This document shows positions 51,786-64,000 of a stretch of DNA of 64,000 nucleotides, piece after piece. A model generated the notes under the pieces. That model searched no databases, was not told the origin of the DNA, and was given only the letters and a program-made list of their open reading frames with translations. The number at the start of each line of letters is the position of its first letter. Position 1 is the first letter of the stretch. The stretch is from contig OX638155.1 in assembly GCA_951804945.1 (NCBI GenBank), positions 43,586,001 through 43,650,000 on the forward strand, in the 5' to 3' direction. The translations under genes were made by a program, and so were the position numbers. The DNA comes from Podarcis cretensis (lineage: Eukaryota).

Positions 51786-52469
51786 AAAAATGTTGGAATG
51801 AAATTATATGGCTTTAGTAGAAGTGTTATAAGGAGTTAAGCATAAATAAGTATTATAGTATTAATGGAAAATAAGGTTAAAATAAGTTAAGATATTTATA
51901 TGACTGAAAATAGTGAAAGATGGAAAGGAATTGCTGAAACAATTAATAGAAGTGGAATACAAAAAGGGAGGTGAGAGGAAGTCGATGAAACAAGGGAATG
52001 AAAGATAAGGCATTGAAATGGTATGATGCATGTTTTTAAATTGTTTTTGTTCTGTTTTGTTTAGTTTAATGCGTTAATGTTGTGTGGTGCATTGTTTATA
52101 TATTGTATTGTATTGTTTTTTCTTTCTTTTTTCTCCTTTTCTTTTTCTTCTTGTTTGTAAGGTTTAAAAGCAATAAATATTATTTTTTAAAAAAAGAAAC
52201 CACAATAAAACATCACAAAAAATGTTTTAAAACATAGGAAGGGCAAGTTGTCAATAACTCTAATGCAGCAGTCTTTCTCAACTTGGTGTCCTCCAGACTG
52301 CCATGCTGGCTGGGGCACATGGGAGTTGTCGTGTGAGTTCTGAGGGGCATCAAGTTGAGGCAGACCGTAATACAGTGGCAAAACCAATAATAAAGAGCTA
52401 AGCAGAAAAAATCACTCAGGGTAAGGGCTCAGCAAAATACTGTCCGCACAGTGGAGTGCAAAGTCTGCA

Positions 52470-52690
52470 ATGTGGAAGACATATGAGCCTCTAGGGGAAG
52501 GGAGTTCCACAGTCTAAGAGTAGTTGTCTTGAGTCACTGCTAATTGCACCTCTGATGACAGCAGGCACCAAAACAGCTGACAATTTCAACACAGAGGCAG
52601 GTTAGTATTGGAAAGCACAGTCCTTAAAATATCCTGGACTCAAACTACACAGGGCTTTAAAGGTCATAACCAGCACTTTGAATTGAGATT
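52470..52690 (-). mobile_element. L2 LINE fragment
   Basis: Minus strand TCAATTCAAAGTGCTGGTTATGACCTTTAAAGCCCT (QFKVLVMTFKAL). Confidence 0.7.
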
Positions 52691-54081
52691 GAAAGCAAAA
52701 TTCTCTCCACTAAATTAGATCCCTCCCCCCTCAAAGCTTGGCCTTTTGAAATATGCCTGCCTACATAGCATCTGAGCAACAGCTAAAAGCCGTTTTTTAA
52801 AAAATAACCAGCAAGGGTGCAACACTTCTCTACATTAGTCATACGGCAAGGATATCAAGCATGCAGCTTGATACAATGGTAGTGTGTTAGAACATTTAAA
52901 TATCTTTTCTGTTTGGGGGGAATATCTACCAGCAAAAAGCTTAAGACAAGCAGCACTGTGTGCTTTCAGGTTTATCTGCTTCATCTACTACTCTTATTTC
53001 CCCCATATTTTCAGTTCAGTTCAATGTGTGTGGGAGCTTCAGTGTCATTCTCTAAGATTTCATTTCCATCCAATATAGTTGAGTGAGAAGTGAATGTTAC
53101 CGTTGTCCTTTTCAGTAAATTATGCTCACAATATAGGAAGGCATGCTGGTTTCTGTCTTGACAAAACTAAACCAAAATCATTAGAAGCAGATGACTTCAT
53201 TTCAATACTGGGGCACCAGCTATATTAGATGATGCCAAAGGTCTTAACCTTGTGACCTTCAACATAGTGCTGCAAAGCTAACTCAGTTGAACATCTGTGA
53301 TACATTTCCAAAACCATTCAGTTTTGTTTTGTTTTTTGTAAATTATAACCCTTGATTAAACAAGTGCCCTTACCAGTACAATGTATTGAAAATAACAGTG
53401 TCTTTTGAAAAGGAAATATTTACCTTAATTGTCTCAGAAAGTAATATGTCGTGTTTGAATTTTTGCAGTAATTTGACATTTATTATCTTAGATCGATCTC
53501 ACAAAAAAACAATTAATGAAATGATAATCAGTTGGTATATTTACTAGGGGTTAGTGGGCAGTGCTCAGGAGAAATAGAGAGTGCATTACCAATAGCTGGA
53601 CCTATTTCATACAGAAACTGGGATGCTGAAAGATTTGATGTGAGCAGGGTGTTTTTACATGTGTGTCACCCAGGGAAGCTGAAGTAATGAAACCCAAGCA
53701 TAGATAAACTGCCCACAGCAAAACAATTAGCAATTTTTAAAATTTTGATAATGGGATTTACAAACCTACATCTCTACCATTTTGAAATCTTAGCTACTAT
53801 GGCCACTATCCAACAGGTTTTTAATGAATATTCTGGAAGAGTTTGCCTGCAAATTAAGTTCTATTTTATACAGTGTTTTAAGGGAAGTAGTATAAGGCAA
53901 CAAATGGAACCTGTAATTAAACACTGCAGTGGAACATTATCTCCAGATGTGGTCCTGTTCAGAGCTCTGGCCAATTTTGAGCAGGAGCTTTGTAGAACTT
54001 CCCAGAACTCTCTGGAGGAGGGAGAGGTCAGGAGAAGGAAAGAAGAAGAAAGACTCCCAATGCCTTTCCTCCACTGTATTA

Positions 54082-54436
54082 CAGTGGTGCCTCGCAAGAC
54101 GAAATTAATCCGTTCCACGATTTTCTTCGTCTAGCGGTTTTTTCGTCTTGCGAAGCAAGCCCATTGACAGCTTAGCGGATTAGCGCTATTAGCGGTCTAG
54201 CGGCTTTTAGCGATCAGCTGAGAAGCGGCTTATCAGCGGAACAGCTGATAAGCGGCTTAGCGCTTAGGGAAAGGGCGGAAAAAAGCGGGGGGAAAGCGGG
54301 AACTCGCAAGATTTTTTCGTCTTGCGAAGCAACCCCATAGAGAAATTCGTTTAGCGAAGCGCCTCCAAAAACGGAAAACCCTTTCGTCTAGCGGGTTTTT
54401 CGTCTTGCGAGGCGTTCGTCTTGCGGGGCACCACTG
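54082..54436. mobile_element. Young CpG-rich Tc1/mariner MITE
   Basis: TA TSD; TIR CAGTGGTGCCTCGCAAGACGAA / TTCGTCTTGCGGGGCACCACTG; repeated TTCGTCTTGCGA and TTAGCG motifs. Confidence 0.92.
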
Positions 54437-54764
54437 TATATTGTGCTAGAGGACTTGTGCATGTCTGATTAGTCCTCCATGTATGTAGAAAGTGCTAATT
54501 TGTTTTTGGATGGCCCCATTTTGTTTATAAACTGATGAGCACTCAATCACTTGAGTTTGCTATTAGAAGCAATTATATAAAAATGATTTAAATGGAACCA
54601 ATAATGATTTGCATTTGTACTTAACTACTGCATTACTACTGTGAAATGTGGTTCACATAAGATTAATGTACAACAGTGTAAAACAATCACTCAACTGACG
54701 CAAGAACTATTCAGGTTCTTGCCTTTTTACTTACCCATGTAATATTTCTGCACTACTTAAAATG

Positions 54765-55285
54765 TATCAGGGATGTGGCTGAATTGAACACCTGCGAAGA
54801 GCCAGACTCTGGAGATGAAGTACAGAGCCAGTACAGAGGAAGACAGAGTCTGACTCTGGAGACTAGCAGGAGTGGGTTACCCCGGCCCACCTTCATCAGG
54901 AGTTCCCAGACACGGAAAGCTCGCAGACAGAGGGAAGGGAGGAGATAGACGGCCTTGAGGGGGTTGCTATGCAACTAGGAGAAAGGCAGCATTTAGAGGC
55001 TTCTTCTTTTGATAGCGGGGGGGGGGGGTGGGTTTCAACCACCTTCTCCCCGAACTAGAAGAGCTGAAAGGGTTAAAATGCAACAAAAGTGTAAGAAAGG
55101 AAGAACTGGGCTTTGGTGCCCTTCGTGCTGTGACAGGGGCGGAGACTCTGAGTGACCAACTTGTAGCTAATGGTGGCAGGCTCAGAGCTGCTCTCTGGAT
55201 TTAAATTGTAAATAAACGTACATAAAACTGCCAGAGACTCATTAATTTCTTATTGGAGCTTGCTTGCCTGCCTGAGATCATTACA
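54765..55285 (+). mobile_element. Solo LTR (gypsy-like)
   Basis: TATCAGGGA...ATTACA ends (left end probably decayed from TGTCA), AATAAA near the 3' end, 5-bp TSD AAATG (54760-54764, 55286-55290). Confidence 0.7.
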
Positions 55286-55359
55286 AAATGGCCGTTTGCT
55301 TTCACCCAAATACTATGGAATTTTCTAGTAAATAAACAGATACACACACACCACGTTTA

Positions 55360-55584
55360 GGATTGTATTCAGTGGTGTCCCTTGCACAGATGGAAGGGCT
55401 TTTGATCCAGTGGAAGCTTCTGTCAGCAGAACAGGGAGGAAGGCCATTTTTGCCCATTTCCTCTCTCTTCACGCCACCTCCCAACCCTCTGAAGCAAAAT
55501 TTGCTTCCCCTCATTTCTACTAATGGAAACCTCCTCTGAACTAAAGAGCCTTCTGTCCATGAAATACACCATTGGATACAAATC
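55360..55584. mobile_element. Old palindromic MITE
   Basis: Ends GGATTGTATTCAGTGGTGT / ACACCATTGGATACAAATC and internal inverse pair ACAGATGGAAGGGCT / AGCCTTCTGTCC. Confidence 0.55.
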
Positions 55585-56911
55585 TTTCTATGGAAAGCCA
55601 AAAATATTTCTTAATTGTTGAATCATTTAGCAGCCTCCATAATTTCAAGGTGGAGGTGAATGAACTAGATGCACTTCTAGAAGCATCTACATGGAATTTT
55701 TGCCCCAGAAGCTCCTGAAGAATGGTATGGTTTGTTGAAATATTTAATGTATTTTCAGGAGAACTGGATGCTTTGAAATTAGAAGCAAAACAGCACCAGC
55801 TGTAGTAATTTGTGTGGCACGGGGCTGTGTCTCAGCTGAACTGATATGTTAAGTATGGATTCTTTGTGGTAGAAAATTTGGCAAGAGAATGAACAACACT
55901 TACTGTGACTCCCTGCTGGTACTCTTAGAATGTAACAGTTTATTCCTGTTCTGGGTCACATTCATGAGGGGCAAAAAACTTTGACACAAACACCCCTCCA
56001 GATCACTGTGTTGTACATTGCTTGTCTGTCACTGGCTGAGAAATATTCACAAGATATACTTAGCCTGTCAAAATTCGGACACCATATATAGGAAAAGCAA
56101 AAGGAAATCACATTTAATTATAATTAACTCACAACATGCAAACAGTAAATGCTTCTGATTGCTTGGTGCCTTTTTAGTGAAACTGATACATATTAGATCA
56201 TATCCAAAGGACTGATTTATATTCTACCAATGTATTTTATCCTTCAGTTTGCAAGTGGGCAGTCACTTAAACAGTATGCTGGGGATAAACGGATCACTAA
56301 CCGTACAAACAACCTGGACTTGAAGAGGTGCAATCTAGGTTCATGGTAAAGCTGTTAAATGCCCACTTGATCACAGTGTTGGCAAATTTTAAAATAAACA
56401 ATAAATAAAATATCATTCAACCTAAACCTAGTAAACTGCGTTTGGAGAAACTCAAAGATTTAAGTGAGTCATTCCCAAATCAAATTTTAAGGTCATCTTC
56501 CCAAACTGTAGGCATCATTTTCCATACCCAACTTTCTTTGGTCAATCTTTATAGAGCACATACAGTGGCACACACCTCTGAATCATGTAGACTATGTAAA
56601 AAAAGTTATGAGTAGGGATTTGCATTTGGGTAATCAATCAGCACATTCACTATTCATAGCTTGTAATGCAAATAAACTGTTGGTACAAAAATGGTCCCAT
56701 TGCTTAACTTTAAGAAGCATACAGGTGAGATGAGGCTGGTAAAATGAAAGGCCATATTCTGGGTAACCTGGTTTATATCACTATAAAAAATTACACATTG
56801 ACCCAGAGATGAGCCATTTCTTCATGTAAGTCAAAAGACAAATAACAGCCACTGTGTCAAACTTTACAAAACATACTGATATATTTTTCTTTAAGATGAC
56901 TATCCCAAGAA

Positions 56912-57421
56912 TTTCTTCTTCTTCTTTGGCGATCACTTGCACCGGAGTAAAACTGTCTTCCATGAACATGGTCCTAACAGTGAGTCCATAAGTGACTGTG
57001 GAGGCCCATTCTGGATCCACACGTCCTTCCACAGTGGGGACGTAGGTTTCTGGGACAGGGCTGATCATGGTGAAGGTTTGCCAAACGTGCCTTCCCTTTC
57101 GTCCTGAGTTTAAGCATCTTCAAAGTCCATGACACCTTTGGTAAGGGCTGTCCTCCAGCTGGAGCGCTCACAGGTCAATGTTTTTCAGTTGTCGGTGTTT
57201 ATACTACATTTTATAGATTCGCCTTGAGAAAGTCTTTAAACCTCTTTTGTTGACCATCAGCATTACACTTTCCATTTTTAAGTTTGGAATAGAGTAGTTG
57301 CTTTGAAAGTCGATACTCAGGCATCCAGAGAACATGACCAGTCCAACGAAGAATCATTGCTTTGACACTGGTGATTTTTGCTTCTTCTAGTACACGTTTT
57401 GGTTTTGTTTCCCTGCAAATG
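56912..57421 (-). mobile_element. RTE-clade LINE 3' fragment (3' UTR distinct from BovB)
   Basis: LRWTGHVLWMPEYRLSKQLLYSKLKNGK..GQQKRFKD; (GAA)n tail; flanking TCCCAAGAA repeat (56903-56911, 57422-57430). Confidence 0.85.
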
Positions 57422-59615
57422 TCCCAAGAAATAATAGATAGTACAAGACCTGCTTTCAAAATCTGTGATTTTAACATTTGTTGGAGTCACTGCATGTCAT
57501 AATGAAAGAAAGTGCATCTGTCTCGTTTCAATGCAATCATAGACTGATTTTTGTTGCACCATTAATAATTTTTAGTCCTTTGTAACTTCTGGATTTCTAA
57601 TCCTACCATTTGGCCTTTTCCATGACCCAGAAGGTATTGCAAGCCTTCTAAGTATCAGGGTGTTGATGAGTTAAATAGAACCCTTGAAGTCTTCAAACAT
57701 ATCAAGGTGGGATGAAACAGATTTCCCTATATGGATACAACTTTTATTTATATGTTACTTTTCCACACAAGTATTCTCAATGCTCAATGCTGTATGCCGA
57801 GGAAACGTTAGGACACAGAAAAATAAAAGGTAAAAACAGATAGTATTCAAGAACAAATAAGGAACAAGACCACCAACAATCAGCAGTCTAATGCCCTAGC
57901 TTTCAAAGATATGACTTAATAAAAAGCATTTATCTGTTTCTGAAAAGAAACAAGTGAGGTAGACAAGCAGACTTCCCAGGAGATAGCATTAATTCCCACA
58001 GATCCAGGGCCACCACAAAGAAAGCCTTGCTCCTAGAGCTAATCTGGCACATTTAGTGGGAATATGAATCCAAGAAGAAGGTTTACTTTTCCTTCAGCTT
58101 GTCATTCCACTGAGTTCCCTGGCATCAGGATATTTTGTCTGGAAAAAGGTTTGTTTCTCTTCCTCTCCTAGTGTCAATCATCCACCAAAACAACAAAGGC
58201 AGTTTCTGTACCCAAACCAAAATCCAATCTATGGACCTTTCCTACACTGTCAGACAGGTGAATATACTTCCAAATATTATCAGCCCCACAAACTCTGTTG
58301 TGGAAATGGATATAGGCTCTTTCTATTCATTTTTCCCTAACAAGCAACCAGTACTTTCAGAGAAAAGATAATCATGCATAGCAATTTAAATGCTGTTGCA
58401 TGCAAGAAGTCCTGGATCGGGGCCAGTATGTGGTAAACAAATGTGTTTCCTGGCTAAGGAATGGGTCTTCTCTTTCTCCTGCTGAGTAACAGGGCATAAA
58501 ATATATTCATGTTGCTATGGGGCTAACAGACCCACCCTGTGCTGTAGGAATTCCAAAACATACTGTTATCTAACCTCAATATTTTTAATGTGATTAAAGT
58601 TCTCTACATTTGTCTTGTGAAATCCAAGCATAGAAGCAAGAAATATTGGTTGTTCCAACAAGCTATGGCTTATGAAGAACAAATAAGACAAATATTAACT
58701 TGGGGGGGACCTCCCCATTTTAACAATTTTTATTAGCTTAACTTCTGCCTTTTTCCTCCCTTACACAAGAGATACATGGAGATAAAACAAGCACACCTAA
58801 AAAGGCATTTTGGTTCCAGCAAGAACTTCTTCCCTCCTGGAGACTTACCAATGGGATATGCATTTGAACTAATTTTATAAGTTGTCCTTGGCCTGAGAAC
58901 TTGATTGAGTGGACTGGAATTTTAGCATTTGTGATGTTTTTACTGTTTTAGAGGGTAGAGTGGCCATTTTTTTATCCTTTTAATGTACTGCTGCATTACA
59001 CCAAGCCTAGTCTATGTCAAGAGAAGGCTTATAAATTTCACAATACAAATTGTTTCACTTGCACATTCCTCTCCTTCCACTGGAAGAATGCCTTGCAGAA
59101 AGCAGCGATTTGGGACAGGCAGGTCTCAGTTTAGTTCAAAGCAGCTTACAGAGAAAAATCTGAAATGAAACATCATTAAAACACGCATGCCATATCCTCC
59201 AAGTGTCCTGATTTTCCTGGGACAGTCCTGGAATTACAAAAACCATCCTGGCTTCTTATTTGATCCCAGAATGTCCCTGTTTTCCCCATCTCTAAACTTT
59301 TCAGCTGCAAGTTTTTGCATGTGTTTAGGCCACCAATTTGTTGACAGAAAACCCTGGTGCGTGAGAATCTTTTCAAGAGCAAAGCATTCGTGATTCCATA
59401 TCAAGGCATCTGCAGGCATTTTGCAAAACATCTGGCAATGAGCTAACTCTTTGAAGGCCATGAGTAGGCTTGATTGCATGAAAATCAGATCTCTGGTTTC
59501 TGATAGATACCAATAAAGATTTTAAAAAGTTGAAAACTATTTATCTGATCATAATTACAAAGGGAGAAAGTATTGTGATGAGCTCAGGGGTGAGATTAAA
59601 AATCAGTCCCAATTA

Positions 59616-59856
59616 CAGTGGTACCTCGGTTTTCGAGCATCTTGGAAGCCGAACGTTTCGGGTTTTGAATGCCAAAGACCTGGAAGTAATTGCTTCCATT
59701 TTCAAACACACCTCAGAAGTCGAACAGCTTCCGCTGCATGTTTTTCAATTTTATCAATGGAAATTGCAGATGGCCCTTTGCACCTTGGTTTTCAAATGTT
59801 ACAGAAGCCAAACAGGCTACCAGAATGGATTATGTTCAAAAACTGAGGTACCACTG
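59616..59856. mobile_element. Tc1/mariner MITE
   Basis: TA TSD; TIR CAGTGGTACCTCGGTTTT / AAAACTGAGGTACCACTG. Confidence 0.88.
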
Positions 59857-60152
59857 TATCTGCATATTGTCAGTTGAGAAGTAAATCCCACTGAGTTTAA
59901 TGGGATTTTATTTTCAAGCAAGAGTTCAAAAAATTGTTTTCTAAATTTGTATGATATACTGATGCATATGAATATAGTTCAAATTGCAAACATAAGTGTA
60001 TGAGCTGGGATAGGGATTGTATACCATGCATTTTGAAAGAGTTTTTAAAGCTGTTTTTCTTCTGGTCATCTTTTTTCACTACTTATTTTCTGAAGAACCA
60101 CTATCATTTATATCAAGAAAGTGGTTTTTATTCAATTTCTGTTCCTTTAGGT

Positions 60153-60288
60153 CAGGCATGGCCAAACTTGGCCCTCCAGATGTTTTGGGACTATGCTTCC
60201 CATGATCCCTAGCTAACAGGACCAATGGTCAGGAATGATGGGAACTGTAGTTCCAAAACATCTGGAGGGCCGAGTCTGGCCAAGCCTG
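60153..60288. mobile_element. hAT (Charlie-like) MITE
   Basis: 8-bp TSD CTTTAGGT; palindromic body CAGGCATGGCCAAACTTGGCCCTCCAGATGTTTTGG and its inverse. Confidence 0.93.
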
Positions 60289-61543
60289 CTTTAGGTAGAT
60301 TTACCTTCTAGCCCCTTATGCTGCAGAATGGTAGATGATTTCTATGTAAATAAATTTAAAGTGCTGAATAATTTCCGAGTTAAATTGTCATTCAGTGTGT
60401 GCTTCCTTTTAAAAAAAAATTTAAAAAGCAATTCCAGTCAATTTTCTAACCAAGGCAATAGTTTTACTCTTAAAAGAGTCTGTGTTACAGAGATGCAAGA
60501 TCGGTTTCATTATAGGCAGTTCATTAATTCTGAACACCTATGTAATCATTGCCATGCATTAAATTCAATGCATACTTTCACTTTAGCTGAAAGCTATTGA
60601 CAGCATAACTTTGTTGATTCATATACCACTACTGAAGAAGTTTCAATAAATCACAACCAAAACAGAACCTCTTGTAGGGGGTCACCATAGTCAACTTAGC
60701 CATGGGTTAAAGAGCAAAGAGTTGTTGTTGTTGTTTCTACTAAAAAGTTTCAGAGAACTGCAATTGTGTAGAAAGTCTTCCCAATTAAGTAGATAGAAAA
60801 AACACTGCTAGAGATTTTATGGTAATACTGACAAGACAGACCCTGACAAATTACATTGGTTTTAATTGTTATCATTATATTTCTAACCCACCCTATATCA
60901 ACTGTTCTCAGGACAGGTTACAATCAATAAAATGACAACACAATATGAACCATAAAATCACTACAGAACACATATCTCTAAGAATTCTTAGGCTGGAATT
61001 AGATTTACAAGATCCAGAGCCGATGTAGCACTCTCATGGCTTGTTTTCATCTTTGCCTTGCAGTACCTGCAATTTCTGCTGTGAATGCACCTTCCAATTT
61101 TACTTCTGATACATCACATGATCACAGTTTATCAGACAGTTTATGACAGAGAGGTGGAAGGGGAACAGAGATGGAGGAGCTGCCTTTGACACCAGCCATA
61201 CAATCCTCATCACGTCTTGTTCCAAACTTCTTACAGTCCTTTCAAAATGACAGAAATTAATGCTGATTCAGCAGTTCCAAAGCGTGTGTGAGCTGAAACA
61301 AGTGATGCGCACACAAAGACTTGTGCAAGATGAAAATGACCTTATTTTTTTCAGTAGTAGAGGAAGGTTTTGTGACATGTTATCCATACACACAAATGGA
61401 GGTTTTCCTAGGGTAGGGCATGACTGGGGAATCTGTTGTGTCCTTCGGATGTTGTTGGACTACACCTCCCATCTTCCCTCATCTTTGGCCATGCTAGGAC
61501 TGATGAGAATTGGAATCCAACACCTGGAGGACTACATTTTACC

Positions 61544-62012
61544 TGTCAATAGTGTTTCCCAGCCAAAGGAATACACACGGCAGATAGTTAACTCTTTATT
61601 GTCAAAGATAACAACTCTGGATACCTACCCACACCAATCTAGCATCTAGGCAGCTATTCCCAGGTCTGCACTCTATCGAGCAGTTGTAGCAACCACCCTT
61701 CCACCAGTTTATGTACCTTCCATCCCCCCAACAGTCTGCAGGCACGCACCCAAAGACTGCACTGGCATGGCAACTTCCTCTGCTCATCCCTTTTCAATCC
61801 TGGCTCTTCACTTGTCTGACCTGCTTCTTCATCCTCTTCTTCTGACCCATCCTGTGCTCCACCTCCAGCTCTGAAGCTTCCCCTGCCTCTGTCTCTTGCC
61901 TCCTGGCCAGTGCAGTTTCCCACAAATCAATGACACAACCCCCCCCCCCCAGTCATACTCCATCCTCCCTTTCTCCAGTGCACACTTGTCAGCATCCTGC
62001 CAGTCCCTGACA
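61544..62012 (-). mobile_element. Probable old solo LTR
   Basis: Minus strand TGTCAGGGAC...AATAAAG...ATTGACA; TSD degenerate (TTACC/TCATC). Confidence 0.5.
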
Positions 62013-63580
62013 TCATCCATCTTTGTTTTAGAATGGCACATTAAGCACTGAGCCTGGAAAAATAGTTATTCAAGCATTTCCCCACAAAATGTGTTATTTT
62101 AAAATTCATTTCTCATTACAAACGTCCATGGTACTGTACTAGCTTTTATGTAAGTTCTATATATTTAGGCTCATCTCTTGTTTATTTTCTTCCTCATGGT
62201 TGGCTAAGTAAAATTCAGGTGTGTATTTACTATGATTATGTCAAGGAAAATATACATACACAAGTGTGACATCTTCTGGATCACTCTCAAAAATTCCTTT
62301 GGACCTTTGTCATCTTGGCAGAAGCACTTGAGACTGTCCATTTTACAGATGTATGTACAGAACTGAAATCTTTCCATCTGCTTTTCTGTGTGTTTGGCCA
62401 TATAACTTCAGCCAGTGTTTGGATTTCATCACAGGGGGTGCCAATTCCCTGCAGAGTCAGGAGGGGGAAAGTGTGTGAATCATCCTGAAGGATTCCAGAT
62501 GTGATGTTCCCATTACCTGTTCGAGTGTATGCATTCATGCGCATTGCTCACTCCAGAAACAGGGATTGAATCCAACACAGAATTAGGCATGTTTAATTCT
62601 ATGTTGTTGGATTGTAACCAGCATGTGTGTTCTCCCCCCTGCCCCCTGTGCCTTTTTTAATGCATTCCATAGTTTTTTCTCATCCTGCTTGCTACTAGTT
62701 CTTTCCACAGAAACAAACTATGGGCTCCTCTAGGAAACCTGTGTACCGATCATTCATCATGATTTGCCTTCGTAAATCTGTGTGTGACAGTGATGATCTT
62801 AGTAGGTGACCCAATCTATTGGTGTACATGATGAAATCATACCAATGTGTATCAAAATTGTACTGTTTGCCTTTTATGTCCTTTCACCTGTCCATTAGCT
62901 TTTCAGGTAAGGCTATTTGCTGCGTGTTTGTGTGCTCACTTGGTTAAACTTAGGCCAGTTTTTTAATGCCCATTGATTAGGTGACAAGCACCTCCCGTAT
63001 AGAATATTTTCAAGGTGCAGCAGAATTCTGGTCATCAAACCACAAAACAGATTTTCCCCTTTCTTTAGGGGTGATCTTAGGCTAAATCTCATTACAGAAA
63101 ATGCCTTGCCTTTCAAGCACTCTTTGCTAAGAAGCCAGAATTGCTAATGAAACCTGTTTTGTTTCATTGTGCTGTTTTCAATTATAAGAAGATTTGTAGC
63201 TTGTGAGGTGGTTTTGGAGACATTGTAAGGATTCTTTGCCTCGCTATTGCCTCCCTCCCTCATCTTTTTATTTTCACCCTTTTATCTCTATTCTGTTGTA
63301 CCCCATCCCATCACGTCATGCTGCAATGGTTAAATAAACCCCTAATTCTGCCTTTTGTGAAGCTCTAATCCTTTTATTTCATAAATCTTGTTTAATCCAA
63401 AAGGCTTCCTTTCATCTTCTCAATCGTCAGTTGGGTCACTACTGTTGTTTCCTATAAACAAACCCTGCAAATCCTGCATTGACTTGGGAGTTTTAGAAAA
63501 GCTTTCAAGTGTTTCTATATTGTCATTAGATCCTACTCAAACTATCCCAAACTCACTAAATGACATATTGCTGCTCTCTT

Positions 63581-63775
63581 GGACTGTGTCCACATTACCA
63601 GCCAGGTTGTTCTTTTTCTCAATTCAGATTGAAACTAAATCAGTATTTCAGAAGAAATTCCAGGATAGATATGGATTGTGACTAACGTGTGCACACCAGG
63701 TCCCAAAACAGCAGTTTGGGAACTGGATGCAGTTTAGGCACTGGATGCAGAGTAAATAGTAGTTTGTACATAGCT
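63581..63775 (+). mobile_element. Old MITE family B
   Basis: CAGGATAGATATGGATTGTGACTAA...CACTGGATGCAGAGTAAAT; degenerate TIR GACTGTGTCCACA / TTTGTACATAGC. Confidence 0.65.
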
Positions 63776-64000
63776 TCACTCTCATGTTGGCTCTTCAATT
63801 ACATTCACATTTCATCCCAGCTATGCAAGAATCAGAGATACATACACCCACACATACACACAACTCTCTATCCAGACAAGCAAGAGCCAATATAACATTT
63901 CAAGGCCATGCAAAACTACTTGCAGAGTGTGCAGAGCAGGGCTAGTGAGAGGTTTAGCCTGGGAAGAGTCCTGGGAGCCAGGAAGAATACTGGAGGGACA

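Larger units (their letters stand above)
50068..52195 (+). mobile_element. Full-length non-autonomous half-L1 (HAL1-like) retrotransposon: 5' UTR + ORF1-like gene + L1 ORF2 tail/3' UTR
   Basis: Perfect 17-bp TSD GAAACCACAATAAAACA at 50051-50067 and 52196-52212. Starts GACTTCCGG with a CpG-rich 5' region and has one long ORF. 51660-51785 translates to the C-terminus of the L1 ORF2 at 36679-39099. Ends with AATAAA and an A-tail. Confidence 0.88.

Noticed and set aside
62210-62910. Exon-like stretches with splice-like signals
   Set aside because: No frame stays open between plausible splice sites, and no protein similarity is recognisable.
63600-63700. Repeated acceptor-like segment (also ~3020 and ~17865) as the last exon of a tandem gene family (e.g. 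..KKFQDRYGL*)
   Set aside because: Reading frames are not conserved between copies, a fourth copy lies inverted at ~14060, and copies have TIRs/TSD, so it is a MITE.

Overview
Repeat-rich, gene-poor vertebrate DNA, intronic or intergenic. The repeat complement (Sauria SINEs, Squam2/3-type SINEs, BovB, L1, CR1, L2, Penelope, Ngaro, many Tc1/hAT/Harbinger MITEs) points to a squamate, most likely a lacertid lizard (inference). I recognise no host protein-coding gene. Main items: (1) a full-length, TSD-flanked 2.1 kb 'half-L1' element (50068-52195) with a CpG-rich 5' UTR, one intact coiled-coil ORF1-like gene, and only the last 41 codons of ORF2 plus a 3' UTR homologous to (2) a young 5'-truncated L1 with an uninterrupted RT ORF in the same window (36392-39170); (3) a 1.37 kb gag-only Mag-type Ty3/gypsy element with both LTRs, a tRNA-Ser PBS, a PPT and a TSD (41572-42941); (4) Penelope terminal fragments with minimal hammerhead ribozyme cores; (5) an Ngaro-type fragment with a decayed SGNH hydrolase. 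All alignments and coordinates were read by eye, and family names come from recalled consensus features, not database searches.
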